The notes under the pieces: model-generated | Told to the model about the DNA's origin: nothing | Seen by the model: only the letters and a program-made list of their open reading frames with translations | The model's database searches: none | Translations under genes and position numbers: made by a program | DNA from: Bugula neritina | Lineage: Eukaryota; Animalia; Bryozoa | Assembly (NCBI GenBank): GCA_964035545.1 | Contig: OZ037765.1 | Span: 24,489,504 to 24,553,503 of the forward strand | Direction: 5' to 3' | DNA length: 64,000 nt | Part shown: positions 1 through 12,313 of the stretch, piece after piece | Position numbering within the stretch: the stretch's first letter is position 1 | How the letters are laid out: every line of letters starts with the position of its first letter

Positions 1-739
1 TTTCAATAACTGCCCAGTTAAGATTTTTGTGCTATGTTTCTTTTCAATTCAAATATGAATGTTAATAATTATACCAAGTGACGTTAGTGAAGGAGTTGTC
101 TTCTTAAGGTAAAGCTCATTTATAATTTAAGTATAATTATAGTCTTTACTGTAGACATAGATTACTGCTATGCACTAAATGTGTATTATAAAGTAAGATA
201 TGCTATGTAATTGCCATCATTACTCGGTTCCAGCGCTGTCCATTTATATTTTATAATTAATACTTGGATTGTGTATTATATTCATCTTTATAGAAAATCG
301 ACCTGGTGTAAATTCTGACTCTGAACTGGAAGGGCTTAATTGCTTGACCAGTAGTGCTAAGAATTATATCTTCAATACATTAGCCATCTCAACTAATTTT
401 CATTGATCTTATTGCAAATGTTTTGACAGTGATACATTCAACAGCTAACAGCTTTGATGATGTATTTTTTTATATTTTTATGCTGATTGGACACAGAATG
501 TATATTTAACATTTGGGGGGAGATGTTCAGGAATAATGAGATATATTTTTATTACCAGTATGTATACATTATGATTCTTATACGAGCAATATTGTAAGGA
601 TATTTATTGCCATTAACTGGAACAATGGAAATGTAGAAAAATAAAACCTATATACATCTTGTGCAAAATAAAACTTTCTTTTCTCTTAATAACTTAAAAT
701 TGAACTAAACAAAAGTGGTGTTGATATGTTCCATCTGTG

Positions 740-3700
740 TTAGCTGTACCTTGATCTTTTGCGGCTCTGGTGTGAATTATCCTCATGATGTTCATTCCGT
801 TCTGTAAGTTAGCAGTAAGTTATTACTTTGAACCAGCTTTCAGAAGCCGTTAAAAATAAAGTCAATATCAGTATGAAACTCTGCACCCCTGGCTACAGGT
901 CGATACACATGACATTGTATATTGTAACACTAATACACACCTGACACTTTACATTGTGTAAAAATTAAATGAGATGGTTTTCAGATGCTGCTGCGGCTAG
1001 AAGGAAAATTAGAAATATTTTGATATGATTTGATAAAGTTCTAAAATATTGACCAAGCCATAATTTAAACCAATAATTGTACACAATTTAGGGCAAGTGA
1101 TGCACTTACCTCTCTTGGATTGTCTGCGCATATCAGATAACCATGCAGAAGAGCTTTCATTTGAATAATTTGATGGATTCTGCATTCTTAGTATATCATC
1201 TGAAGAGAGTCTAGGTGCATCTTCAAACACACTACAACAAAAAGATGTAACCGTGTCTAAAAAGTTAAGCTTCAATTAAACTCTTATTATTGGCACATAA
1301 ACTCTTCTGCAAAACAGGGTAACAAAACCCTTCCATTTTATATGTATGGGTCTATACAGAACTTAGAAATTTTACAAATTGACAAGGTAGTTTCGTAGAG
1401 TGCTTACCGTCGCAAAATAATAACTGCTCTTCGATGTTTTGTGTCTTGCGGTCTAACACAATGTGTAACATTGTTTGCAGCATAACCACTAAAAATACAC
1501 AAAAAGCTCTGTAAAATTTATAAGAAAACTGTTTTTCAGAAACAAATTTCAATGCAATACAAATTCAGTGTGTTGCTACCACAAAAATGTCAATTTTTTC
1601 ATTATATTGAAATGTCTTACTGAAAAAAATAAAGCTGCGAGACTATTAGCTGCATGAAATACAAATTCATTTTTATTGTGATATAATAAAGTAAGAGTTC
1701 TATGTACTAGAAACGTATTTATAAATAAGCATGTTCTAATACAATTATTTATTATGTCAACATTTTTAAAAATTAATAATGGTTTTCTACAATTAATCAT
1801 AAAAAGTATAATAACAAATTTAGAAAAAGTTAGCTGATGTTATGTTAAAATACATTCGAGTACAATATTGCCATTCAACAAGATACATCTTAGTTCGTTT
1901 AGGTCTTAGAAAGATAATAGCAAGATGATAAAGCTAACTCAGGTTCTTCCAAATACATCATAATCTTAGGAAAAATCTTACAGTAATAGGATGTTGAGCT
2001 ATGATCATGTTTTAGAAAAGGCATTGTAATAAACCTGTAAGGTACATCAAATTTAGGCAAGCCTCTTTCAAAAACCTGTTTTTTCTTGTGTTATAGTTAT
2101 ATAATGTTCTTTAACAAAAACATGTTATACACTTGATGAAAAATTATATCTGAGAAACAACACATTTTTAGTAGTTGTGTGATAAAACATTTTATCATCA
2201 AATTAATGAACATAATGAGCATAGATTTTAGCACCAGATTTTTGGGTAAAATCAATCGGCATCACCAAATTAAAACAGCTTTCCTAATTACATTGAGAAC
2301 TAGTGTGCAAAATTGTTTGACAGAAAACGTTTCAGCTTACCTCATAGCAGTAATACGCCCCCTCTTCAAAGGTAGTTGATATGTTGGCCTGCTGCATCTA
2401 ATGGGTCTAAATGAAAATCTCACACCAAAGGAGAGGGCTGAATCACTCATCAATGATATGGTAAAAATTGGACGATCAAACAAGTGTTTAGGATCAATGT
2501 GAGAAATGATACAACCACCTTTTAAGTAGTCATTGATTACACAACTATTTACAAAGTTCTTGGGTATAATACCAGCTGTTTCAAGCGGCTGAATCACCAA
2601 CTTGACGACCCATTCAGGTATTTCATCAACATAGCCATTAGGATAAAGCTCCTCCATCCCAGGACCCTTCTTTTTCATTTGAGTACCATAAGTATAGCCT
2701 TCACCAAAAAAATATTTATTACGTAATGGTGCACGATCAACAGTGCAATTTTTGAAAGTTTCTGTTCTTTCGACAACTTGATCATCAATCATTTGTTCGA
2801 GAATTGAACAGTCGTTCTCACTAAAGAAAGAATATTGCTTAAGACCAGACTTGATTAAATTTACTTCATCACCATCTTCTTCCTCAAAGCTATCATAAAC
2901 TTCATAATGCCTACAAGAGTGGATTTTTGAACTAGAGTCTACCATAGTTAGCTGTTGATCTGCATCTGAAACTTTGTGATGCAAGTTGTTTGTATCCAGC
3001 TCATACATAATGGGTTCTTTTTGTTTCTTGGTAATTTGCTTATGCTTATTTATTTTTTTATCCTTTTTCCTTAAAATATGCCTATTATGGGAACTTGATT
3101 TATTTGAAGGCTCGATGACTTGCTTCTTTTTATTTAATTCCTCAACAGATGTGGTAACATCTTCTTCACTGCTAATTTCTATTATATTTTCAGCTGAAGA
3201 CTTCAAAATGATGCTATTTGTCTTTTCTAAAGTTTTATGCTTTCGAAACTTGCGGTGCTTTATATGCTCAGAGCTACATGCAGTACTAGCCGTAATAAAC
3301 TCCGTATCTTTTAAAGCATTCTTTGTATCTGGAGTATCTGTAGCATGTAGAGCTACAGACATTAAATTTGATCTATAATTTTTTTGATGAATATTTTCTG
3401 TACGAATATTAAGGTTAACTTCCATTCCGGGTACATTTTTATTGTTTAATTTTTCAGAAATATGATTATGACTCAACTCAAGATTTTTATAGCTATTAAA
3501 ATCATTAAAATGCTGGAGTTCACAGGTTTGACTATCTTTTCTAGATTCATCAAGGAAATGATTATTTTGATTGTCATAATTGTGTCCTTCATCTTCACTA
3601 TCGGAATCTGATAGAACAATTAATGGGGGGGTCAGCATCATTAGTAAAAACCTCACCATTTGACTTAGAAGCTTCATCTGCAATTAGACAGTTTCGATTT

Positions 3701-3786
3701 TTCTTCTCAACATTTGATGAAGAAAATTTGCGATTGAGTTTATTTCTAAGATCCTTGTGTGTTAAGCATGCCGTCTCAGTTTTCAT
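740..3786 (-). CDS. ALKBH5: m6A RNA demethylase ALKBH5 homolog (spliced; apparent 1-nt frameshift at 3625-3631)
   Basis: Exons 3786-2341, 1488-1408, 1231-1110, then a terminal exon of either 996-965 or 801-740 (unresolved). Motifs: N-terminal HKDLRNKL, TVDRAPLRNKYFFGEGYTYG, INDYLKGGCIISHIDPKHLFDRP (HxD), SGYAANNVTHCVRPQDTKHRRAVIILRR, DAPRL. The acceptor ttttgtag lies 2 nt before ATG 3786. Confidence 0.93.
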
Positions 3787-4499
3787 TTCTACAAAAATGG
3801 CAAGCAGAAAAGCATGATACAAGTTGAAACAAAGTAAATCAAAACTAGTTAAACTAGTCCATATTTTTTCAGCTGTACAACAGTAACAATCTCACTAAAA
3901 TCAAAATTTTTAAAAATTTGAGATACAAAAATATGAAAAAAAAACTAAAACTTAGAATTTAATTTTACATAGAGAGTTTTAATCAAAGTAATCAGTATAA
4001 AAAAAGTTTTTCCTCTAAACATTTCGAATTTGCTCATTTGGCTATTAACTTTTAATTATGTAGCCTATACATTGTTGTCATAGATTTAGTTATTGTTAGA
4101 TATCCTTTTAGTCTGTAAGGATTAAACTGTGAGTTAGTAAAACCTTGAATTTACAAGCTTCAAGTTCATTCGCTCATAGCATATTCTATTTTAACAGGGC
4201 AATCCATCTGTTATAACTATATTAGCTCAACTGCAGGTTCAAATTTGTTCACACTTGATGATTATCCTTATAATTATTATTATAAACACTATTATTGTTA
4301 CAATATCATTATCAGGTCTGTGTTAGTTACAATTTGAGAGATCACAATGCGAGTGTCCTTTGATTTTGAGTAATTTAGCATTACCATTTAGACCTAGAGT
4401 TAGAGAAAATATGACTTGGACTGGAGAATCCACTACATGTAATTCACTGATATGGATTGGATATGATTTTATTTATTTTGAAACTAGAGTAACAATTTT

Positions 4500-5510
4500 C
4501 TTCAATATGAATAATATAATTAAAAGATATTAAGCCTAATATAATTATAATTATTGCATGGTCCGAGCATAGCTAAAAATAAAATAAGGTTTACACTTAA
4601 GATTATACTATACTGATAGAACACTGATAGTGATACTAACTAAAATATGTACTTAACTTAAAGTTATAGCCTAACACCATAGGCATATGATTATTAATAT
4701 TTATTTTTATGTTACTAATAAATTATTAATAATAATATTATAAATATAACTATAATGATATTCAATTTCATTATACACTCAGTTTGCCAAGTCTTGGAGT
4801 TGGTCTAGTGACTTAGTCTAAATTAAACTGAAACATGAAGCCTTACTCTTAAAGTTAGTCTTGCACAGATAATACTACTACTATTACTATTACTAATAGT
4901 AATAGTAGTAGTGCTATCTGTGCAAGACTAACTTTAAGAGTAAGGCTTCATGTTTCAGTTTAATTTAGACTGAGTCACTAGACCAACTCTAAGACTAATA
5001 GTAATAGTAATACTAATAGTATTAGTATTAGTATTACTTAGTACTGACTTAGTTAATCATGCACAGTTAGTGTTACTGTTAGTACTGACATATAGTTAGA
5101 GTTAGTCTAGCACTTTCACTTGCATTTCCATTTACTCTTAAACTTACAGTTAGAGTGAGTTACAGTCTTGCAGTGTACTGTGTAAATTACACTCTTACAT
5201 TTACTTTAGTCATTACATTTACTCATTAGTCATTAGCCATTAAACGGCTAATGACTAATAGTAATGAGTAGTGACTAAGTCTAATGTCAATTAGTATTGA
5301 CTAAGTCTAATGACAGTCACAGTGAATATAATTATAATGACTAATGAGTAATCAGTAAAACTAAATGTGATGATAATGATTAAATTCAATAATATTAATA
5401 TTAATATTAATTTATTACTACTAATAATATAAAATAAATATTAGCATATGATTATCATTATGATTTTCATTTTGATTATCATTATCATTATGATAGTGAT
5501 TATGAATATG
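4500..5510. repeat. 3/6-bp periodic TA-rich tract in inferred ALKBH5 intron 1
   Basis: (TAN)n, (ATN)n and TTA-NNN hexamer runs; ends ~40 nt from a minus-strand donor GTAAAG at 5551. Confidence 0.8.
4790..4996. repeat. 207-bp near-perfect palindrome (103-bp arms, 1-nt centre at 4893)
   Basis: Arm 4790-4892 is the reverse complement of 4894-4996 with 4 transition mismatches. Confidence 0.95.
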
Positions 5511-5920
5511 AGCGAACCTCGAGCAACAGAAAATTCCTTTCAAATCTTTACCTAGAGCCTTTGCATAGGTATAAGCCATCGCTCCTTAGATAATAATAAA
5601 ATGGAGTAAGATGAAGCTAAGGCCAATGTAGGGTAAAGGTAACGAATTCCAGGGCGCAAAGCTGCTGCAAGTTGAAGTAGCACCACTGAGCAGTGAGCCT
5701 TAACAACCCTCCGATTGCCATAGATCTCTCGACATATCCCAGATTTAAAATATTTTTACGCTGAGCCGTAAAGTGTTAGTCAGTTAAACACCGTTTAGCA
5801 ATCGTAAATTAACCTAAAGAGGCAAGATAAGCATTCAAGATGCACGCAATAACACTTTTGGTTCAGTGAGGGCGAAATATTATGTTGAGCTCCGTAGAGA
5901 GAGCTTGAATAACTAAAAGT
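5510..5920. promoter_or_regulatory. Putative bidirectional promoter and first exons shared by ALKBH5 (-) and the claudin-like gene (+)
   Basis: Normal-complexity, GC-richer island bounded by divergent donors (minus GTAAAG at 5551, plus GTAAAT at 5919) and by periodic tracts on both sides. Confidence 0.6.
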
Positions 5921-6770
5921 AAATGAGTTATAACCTACTTTAACTTACTACTTAGTCTTATTAGTCATTACTTAGTAGTATTGCTCATAGTTAGAGTTAT
6001 AATCACTCGCAATAATTATAATACTGATAACTATCATCACGGTTTTTCCAGTTGCTGTTTTGATTTTATTTAATTATCATTATGTTTTAAATATTAAATC
6101 ATAAAATAAAAATTAAAATTAAATGTTTCATGATAAAATTTAAAACTAAAAGACAAAGTACTAGACTACTACTACTACTACTGCTACTAGTACTACTACT
6201 CGCACTCGCCTTCAGATTATCAAATATCATAATCATTGTGATTATGGATATCATCAAAATTTAATTTAATATTGACTTTGAGTAATTACTATTACTATTA
6301 GTATTACTATTAGTATTGCTATTAGTATTACTATTACTATTAGTATTACTATTACTATTAGTATTAGTATTACTATTAGCATTAGTATTACGTAATCATA
6401 GTCATAGTGATAATTATATTTATATTAACTTTAATTATGATAATATAAATATGAATACAGTGTGAGGATGCTACTACTAGTACTAGTACAGTAGTAGTAC
6501 TACATTATTACAAACGTTATTATTTGTATACCAATGGCAATTGTCAAGTTATTATAATTTTTATTGTATTACTGTTAGTCTATTACACTATGACTACTAC
6601 GGTAATACTAATTTACTACTAATACTTGGCTATTTTATCTAACTCTATTGGTATTATCACTTTTAGTAGTATGTCTTACAGTTCCAATTTAATATTCAAA
6701 TTCATAGTGAACCAGACTTACTGCTATTCAGATTAACTAAGTCTAATATTAATTTATATTAGTAATGTTT
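5920..6770. repeat. 3/6-bp periodic TA-rich tract in inferred claudin-like intron 1
   Basis: Begins right after the donor at 5919; pure (TATTAS)n core at ~6288-6390. Confidence 0.8.
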
Positions 6771-7159
6771 TGGTAAATGTTACTTTCTTTAGAGAGTGAT
6801 AACTACAAGTATATACAAAAATATTCCACATGTATAGTCTAATCACTAATTCAGCAGAAAAATTATTATTAAATTTTATAAATAAAGCCATAAAAAAGCT
6901 ACAATATCATTGAGTTGTCTCAATACCTTTAAGTTTAAGGCTATAGATGTCTTTTAATTTTAGGCTTTTTATTTTTGATATAGGTATACACTTATTTCCG
7001 ATAATATATTTTTTTCCGATATAAATTCAGTATTACAGCCATATTGCAACTAATCTATGTGATAATAGAATAATCATTGATTCAAAAAATGAAAAGTTAA
7101 TGTTACGTTGTTTTAGGTTTGCACTGATGCTCCATTGATTTCAAAACTAGAGGAAAAGT

Positions 7160-9166
7160 ATGGCGTTTGGTAAAGGCAAACCTGTTGAGTGGAGGAGCTC
7201 CAACTTTAAAGTTGCTTTTATTGCTACAGCTGTTTCCCTTGTGGTCTATCTTATTGCTTTCTGTAGCCCATACTGGTTACAGACCTATCACACTGTGCCA
7301 TGGGATTTCAAAAATATGGGCTTGTGGGAAGCCTGCTTCAATAAATATTATCTTCGTGAAAACCCATATATCATTGAGTTTGATGGCTGTTACTGGACTT
7401 TTGATATATTTTTTGATTTCAGAAGACTGCCAATATTTCCAGGTAATTTAAGCAACTATTTTGGTATACATTTTTGATAAATTTTCCAATTATAGAAATA
7501 GTCATGAAATATTTGTGTTAAAGAATTTTGTCAGGTTTACATTTGCAAACCTTCTATGTGTGTAGTTGACTTGTTTAAGAGACTACTTGACAATTTTCAT
7601 TTAAGGATTGTTTATACTTGTGTGTTCCCATTGCATATTGCATAATGTTGTATTTTTTAGGCTTCTTTATTATGTGTCAAGTGTTCAGTGTTGTTGTACT
7701 CATCTGCCTTCTGACGGCCACACTTATGATGTCTAGTGTGTTTCTTCGATGTTCAGGTGAAAAAAATTGGACATACTGGATCTTGAGTATCGTCATGTGT
7801 GGAGTCATGACTATAGCAGGTATTGCTGTAAAAAATAATTATAGGCTATCTCAAAATGTGAAGTTGCCTGTGTTTTTGTCGAATGGTTGATAAGACCTTG
7901 ACGGGTAACTTCTATACCAATTGTATTACGTCTATGCTATCAGCAATTAGCTATACAAAAAGTTTGTATGTAATGACTAATTATATTACGCAAGAATTTT
8001 TTCTAATAAACTGTTGCTAATGCATAGGGTGTAAGTTTGTGATTAAAGTAGCTAAATGATATTGAATACCTTGCTTTGTCTCATAACTCACTGTTGTAAA
8101 AATTCAATCTTATGGCATTCTTCTTGTTTGTGGGCATAAAATTTGAACCTCTAAAAAAGTAATAAAAATATTATTTGGAACGTCTGATGTTATGTAAATG
8201 CTTCAAATTATTTTATTTTAATTAATAAAAAACTCACTCACAAGTAATAAAACTAGTATTCTAGGCTCTAAGCAAATCTTTTAATAATTGAAATTCTCTG
8301 ACTTTGCTGCACCTCCAATGTTAAAAAATAGTGAGATTTTTGAGCTAATTTTCAAAACAAGTTGCGTGTAAACAGCATGCAGTGGTTGTTTTTTGAATGT
8401 GATGGTGATCATTTCGAAAGTTATAGTTCTATGTTAACAAAACTAATTATTGGTGACTGCTATTATGAGTATTTATTATAAGCTTAAAATTGTACTATTC
8501 GTAATTGAAATTAAAAACTGCTGGATTTCGCACATCTCAATTATTTTGATATCTTGTGCCTTCAACTTTAGAAAATTTACTTTAATGAATACTGATAAAA
8601 TACAATATGGGAAGCTGCACGATGAGGGAACAACCCTTAAATAAAAATATTTTACTACATCATATTTTTGCAGTTGAAAAAATGATTTTTTTTTTAAACA
8701 TAGTTTTGTGAAGTGCAAGTATTAAAAGTTTTTTGTTTAACTTATTGAATATATATATTAACAATACCAAGCAAAAAGACTCATATTCAAAAAATATACA
8801 AATAAAAAGGTTGGAATAATGAATAGAATTTTATTCTCTTACTTCTCGTGATTTGATTTCAAGTGTGCTGGTAATTTTTATTTAATAGGTCTTTTGCTTT
8901 TTGCCATAATTGTTACGGTTGGAGCAAAGTCTGGTGATAGAGCTTGGATGCCAAGAGCTGACCTTATTTGGCTTTCGTGGGGATATGCTGCCGCTTGTGT
9001 TTCAAACATTTTTGCATTTGGTGCTGCTCTTTTCTTTGGAAAAGAAGCAAAGCTTTTCTGGGGGTCAAAGGCTCCAGTATCTGAAATGTTTGGGTTTCCT
9101 ATGTTTCGGCAAGGAGATGCAGCCATGGAACCACCAGCCGAAACAGGATCTGTTTTTGCTTATTAA
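7160..9166 (+). CDS. Invertebrate claudin-like tetraspan (PMP22/claudin superfamily; megatrachea/sinuous/kune-kune-like)
   Basis: Exons 7160-7442, 7661-7819, 8889-9166 join in frame. SPYW..GLWEAC..GC extracellular signature, four hydrophobic helices, WMP..LSWGY loop 2. Confidence 0.88.
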
Positions 9167-10451
9167 TAAAACGAAACAACAAATAATATATGATAGCCAC
9201 TTATACATTCCTTTTTATAGTCTCTGTAGTTTTCAATGAATATTCCTTAAATTCATCATGTCATATTGAACCAATACATTCCTATGTATATATCTTGTGA
9301 ATATTGTTGAAGCTTTGTATCAGTTTTTGATTAATACCGTTGCCAGGTTTAACGACTAGTGGTTTTATATTTTAAAGTTTTTTCTCCATTATTTTTAATA
9401 CAGAAAATAAAAAAAGATATATAACTTACTAGCATTTTGTATTCAATTTCGGTCAATCATAATAATGTTAGCAAATTTTTACAAAGCTGGCAATACTTCA
9501 TGTATACAAGTGACTTTACTACTCCAATACCTCGCACCTGTATGGACAGTACTAGGTACAATAAAGCTAATAACTAGAAATATTTTTACACTATTAAAAT
9601 TATTGTTGCATAATAATAAATGCAGGTAAAAAGAATTAAATAATGATTGTTCATATAAGCTGAGCACCTAAAACAAGTACACAAGAATTCTCTGAAATGT
9701 TTGTCCTATGTACAGAGCTGACCATTGCAGTAATATCAAGGCACTATGTTTAGACTTCCTGTTGCCTACCCACAGTGTACATACGACATTCTGTAGCAAA
9801 TGCCATGCTTATTCTCAACAGGATTAGGCACTTTTTAATATAACATCAAACAAACGGCTTGTCACCAACACACTTCAAAGTTAGAGTTGCAATCACTCTT
9901 TTGAAAGTTCTGATAAAATAGTGCTCTGAATTCCTTTACACTCTATAGTCTGCACGCTTGCCTTTAGCTTACAGCCATCAATTTATTCATGCTGTAAATG
10001 TAAGATACAAGAGGCATGGGTGCAGTATTGGAGATATTAGAAACCACATAATATAAGGATTTACTCTACAGTATTTTCATTTTTTCATATTATGCTATAA
10101 ATAAAAAAATTGAGATGGCAGAGTCTCCCAAATATTTTGTTGAGGTGTTACATTGGTTAGATTTTAACAATTAATACCATATATAGATACATCAGCATAA
10201 CATTTCACATTTGTTGGCAGTGTAAAACATTTGCTTGGAATCTTCAAAATATTAAGCATCATTAAAATCGAACAATTCAGCATTTTTTAAGGCTTTGGAC
10301 ACTTTCAAAAAGTCTCAAAGGTGTAGATATATATATATTAACCACTAAAATCTAACAACCCAACAGTTGAGCAAAAAATTTGAAAGGCTACCTTTAACAG
10401 TGCAAACTGCAACATAATTATTGTGGGCTATGGGTCACCATTAAACACTTA

Positions 10452-10894
10452 CAGCCATTGTCTAACAGTAGTACCCAAAGATTTTTACACAACAGCCAAT
10501 GTTGGTATGGCTCATCTGACAGAAGTGTGAGAGCTTTAAACAACATATTGACTTCATATGGAAGAATTTCTTCAAAAATCTCGATTGCTGTACCAAAAGG
10601 AGATAAGCAGTTATGAGCTGCCATATAGACCTTTTCGAGCACACGCACCATCACTACACTGATGATACAGAATTTGTAATTCTGAGTTCATTCCTTATTT
10701 TTGTAATTTTCCTTTTAACATGGTGAATGAAAAGCCTATCATTTGCAGCACAACCGGATAACCGATAGTTGTCCCTGTGTTATCGTTGTTGAGTGCGAAA
10801 GGTGCGCAATACACGTAGAGCAAATGGTTAAGGTCGATACTCTTTGGACTGATATCCGACTTGGCATGACTCGTCTCAGTCCTCTGATCCCCAT
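10452..10894 (-). pseudogene. Probable frameshifted relic of an XRN-N-like 5'-3' nuclease gene
   Basis: Ordered motifs spread over different frames: MGIRGL (ATG 10894), SIDLNHLLY, NDRLFIHHVKRKITKIRNELRITNSV, DGACARK, NCLSPFGT..FEEILPYEVNM. These resemble XRN1 MG..LDMNGIIH..VDGVAPRAK..NCITPGT..LHEHLKYFVNM. Needs at least 3 frameshifts. Confidence 0.45.
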
Positions 10895-11039
10895 CCAAGT
10901 AATTTTTTTAAAGCCAACGTGACTTAACGCTCAGTGAAGACTTTGTAGAGACTCAATGCGACTTAAATACTAGATTACATTCGTATTACTGTGTAATATC
11001 GTATTGTAAGCCTGTACAACGTGAAAGTTGCCTCCTTTG

Positions 11040-12020
11040 AATTTAGACTAATGACCAACAGTAATACTAACAGACAACAGTAACTAACAGTAGTGAGTAA
11101 CTAAAAGTAAAGCTGTAAATGTAAGTCAAAGTCATTAGTGATTAGTCAAAGCGTAACACTAACTGTAACACTAAGACTATGTAAAATCAAATCATTATGA
11201 TTATCGTTATCATTATCATTGTGGTTATTGGTTAACATTACGATTAACGGATTATGATTATCATTATGATTATGAGTATCAGTATGAATTACTATTAGTA
11301 TTACTAGATTTAATAACTACAAGTCTAAGATTTAATTTTATATCAACTTTAAGTGAGTTTAAGATTGAATTTTACTTTTAAGTTTTAGCCTTTACAGTTA
11401 CAGCTACACTTACTCTTAGAGTTTGTCTTACAGTTACTGTTGGTACTTACTCGTACTCTTACTATTGAATTTCAATTTGATGATTCGAGTAAATTTTGAT
11501 GAGTAAGAGTAATGATAATCTCATAATCATAATGTCTCTAATGTTTACGATATTATTATTAATAATAATTATAATATTAATATGTTAATAATAATTTAAT
11601 CATAATAATAATAATAATGGTTAATAATAATACTCTAAACTTTCACTTCGAGTTGGAGCATCAGTATGAGTAACACTAACTGATGACTCACTAACTGTAA
11701 TCATTGCAGTATAAGTATTTGTAAATCAGTAAAACTGAATCAGAACTATATGTATTTCAATTTGTAATCATTACAGTCTCATTACTTAGCATCTGAACTC
11801 ATTACACTTAACAGTGTAATGAGTAATGACTATGAGTTTAGACTCTAATGACTAAGAGTGGGAGTAAATTTAAATTTATGAATGCAATTACTATTAGTAT
11901 TAGTAAATTACGTACTCATTGTCATAGTGATAGTCATACGCATCATAATGGTACTAGTACTAGTAATACTACTCTTATAAGTTTATTGTTATCATTGTGA
12001 TGCTGATAATCATTATGCTA
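11040..12020. repeat. 3/6-bp periodic TA-rich tract in inferred PDAP1 intron 1
   Basis: TTA-NNN hexamers (ttacag ttacag ctacac ttactc ttagag) plus (ATN)n and (TAA)n runs, downstream of a candidate donor at 11006. Confidence 0.8.
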
Positions 12021-12313
12021 TAGAATAGCTTGTTTTGTAGTTACAGTACAAGATATATTTCTGTTAAAAATTTTCACCACAGTAAATGGTAGGTGTATGT
12101 ATTTGTGGTGTAGCTATATAGACTCTTCTTGCATGTTTACAACATGTAGTTCTATGTTATATAAGTAGTTTTTGAGATTAATTATGTACATTATTTATTT
12201 TACAAATGCTCTTTCTTTTTTCTTAGAATATACGAGATATATACGTGGCAAGAAGAACGCTATTTGAAACCGGCCAACAAGAAATATAGATATTTATATT
12301 ATTCAAAGGCAAC

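Noticed and set aside
2986-3378. 130-aa + strand ORF and similar antisense ORFs over Schnurri, EEF2 and the Copia RT
   Set aside because: Shadow frames of real coding exons on the opposite strand.
3661-3683. ORF-track start MQMKLL as the ALKBH5 N-terminus
   Set aside because: Starts at TTG and lacks the conserved DLRxKL motif found in the upstream frame beginning at ATG 3786.
5100-5300. Interstitial telomeric repeat
   Set aside because: TTA-NNN hexamers are present but no true TTAGGG or TTAGG arrays.
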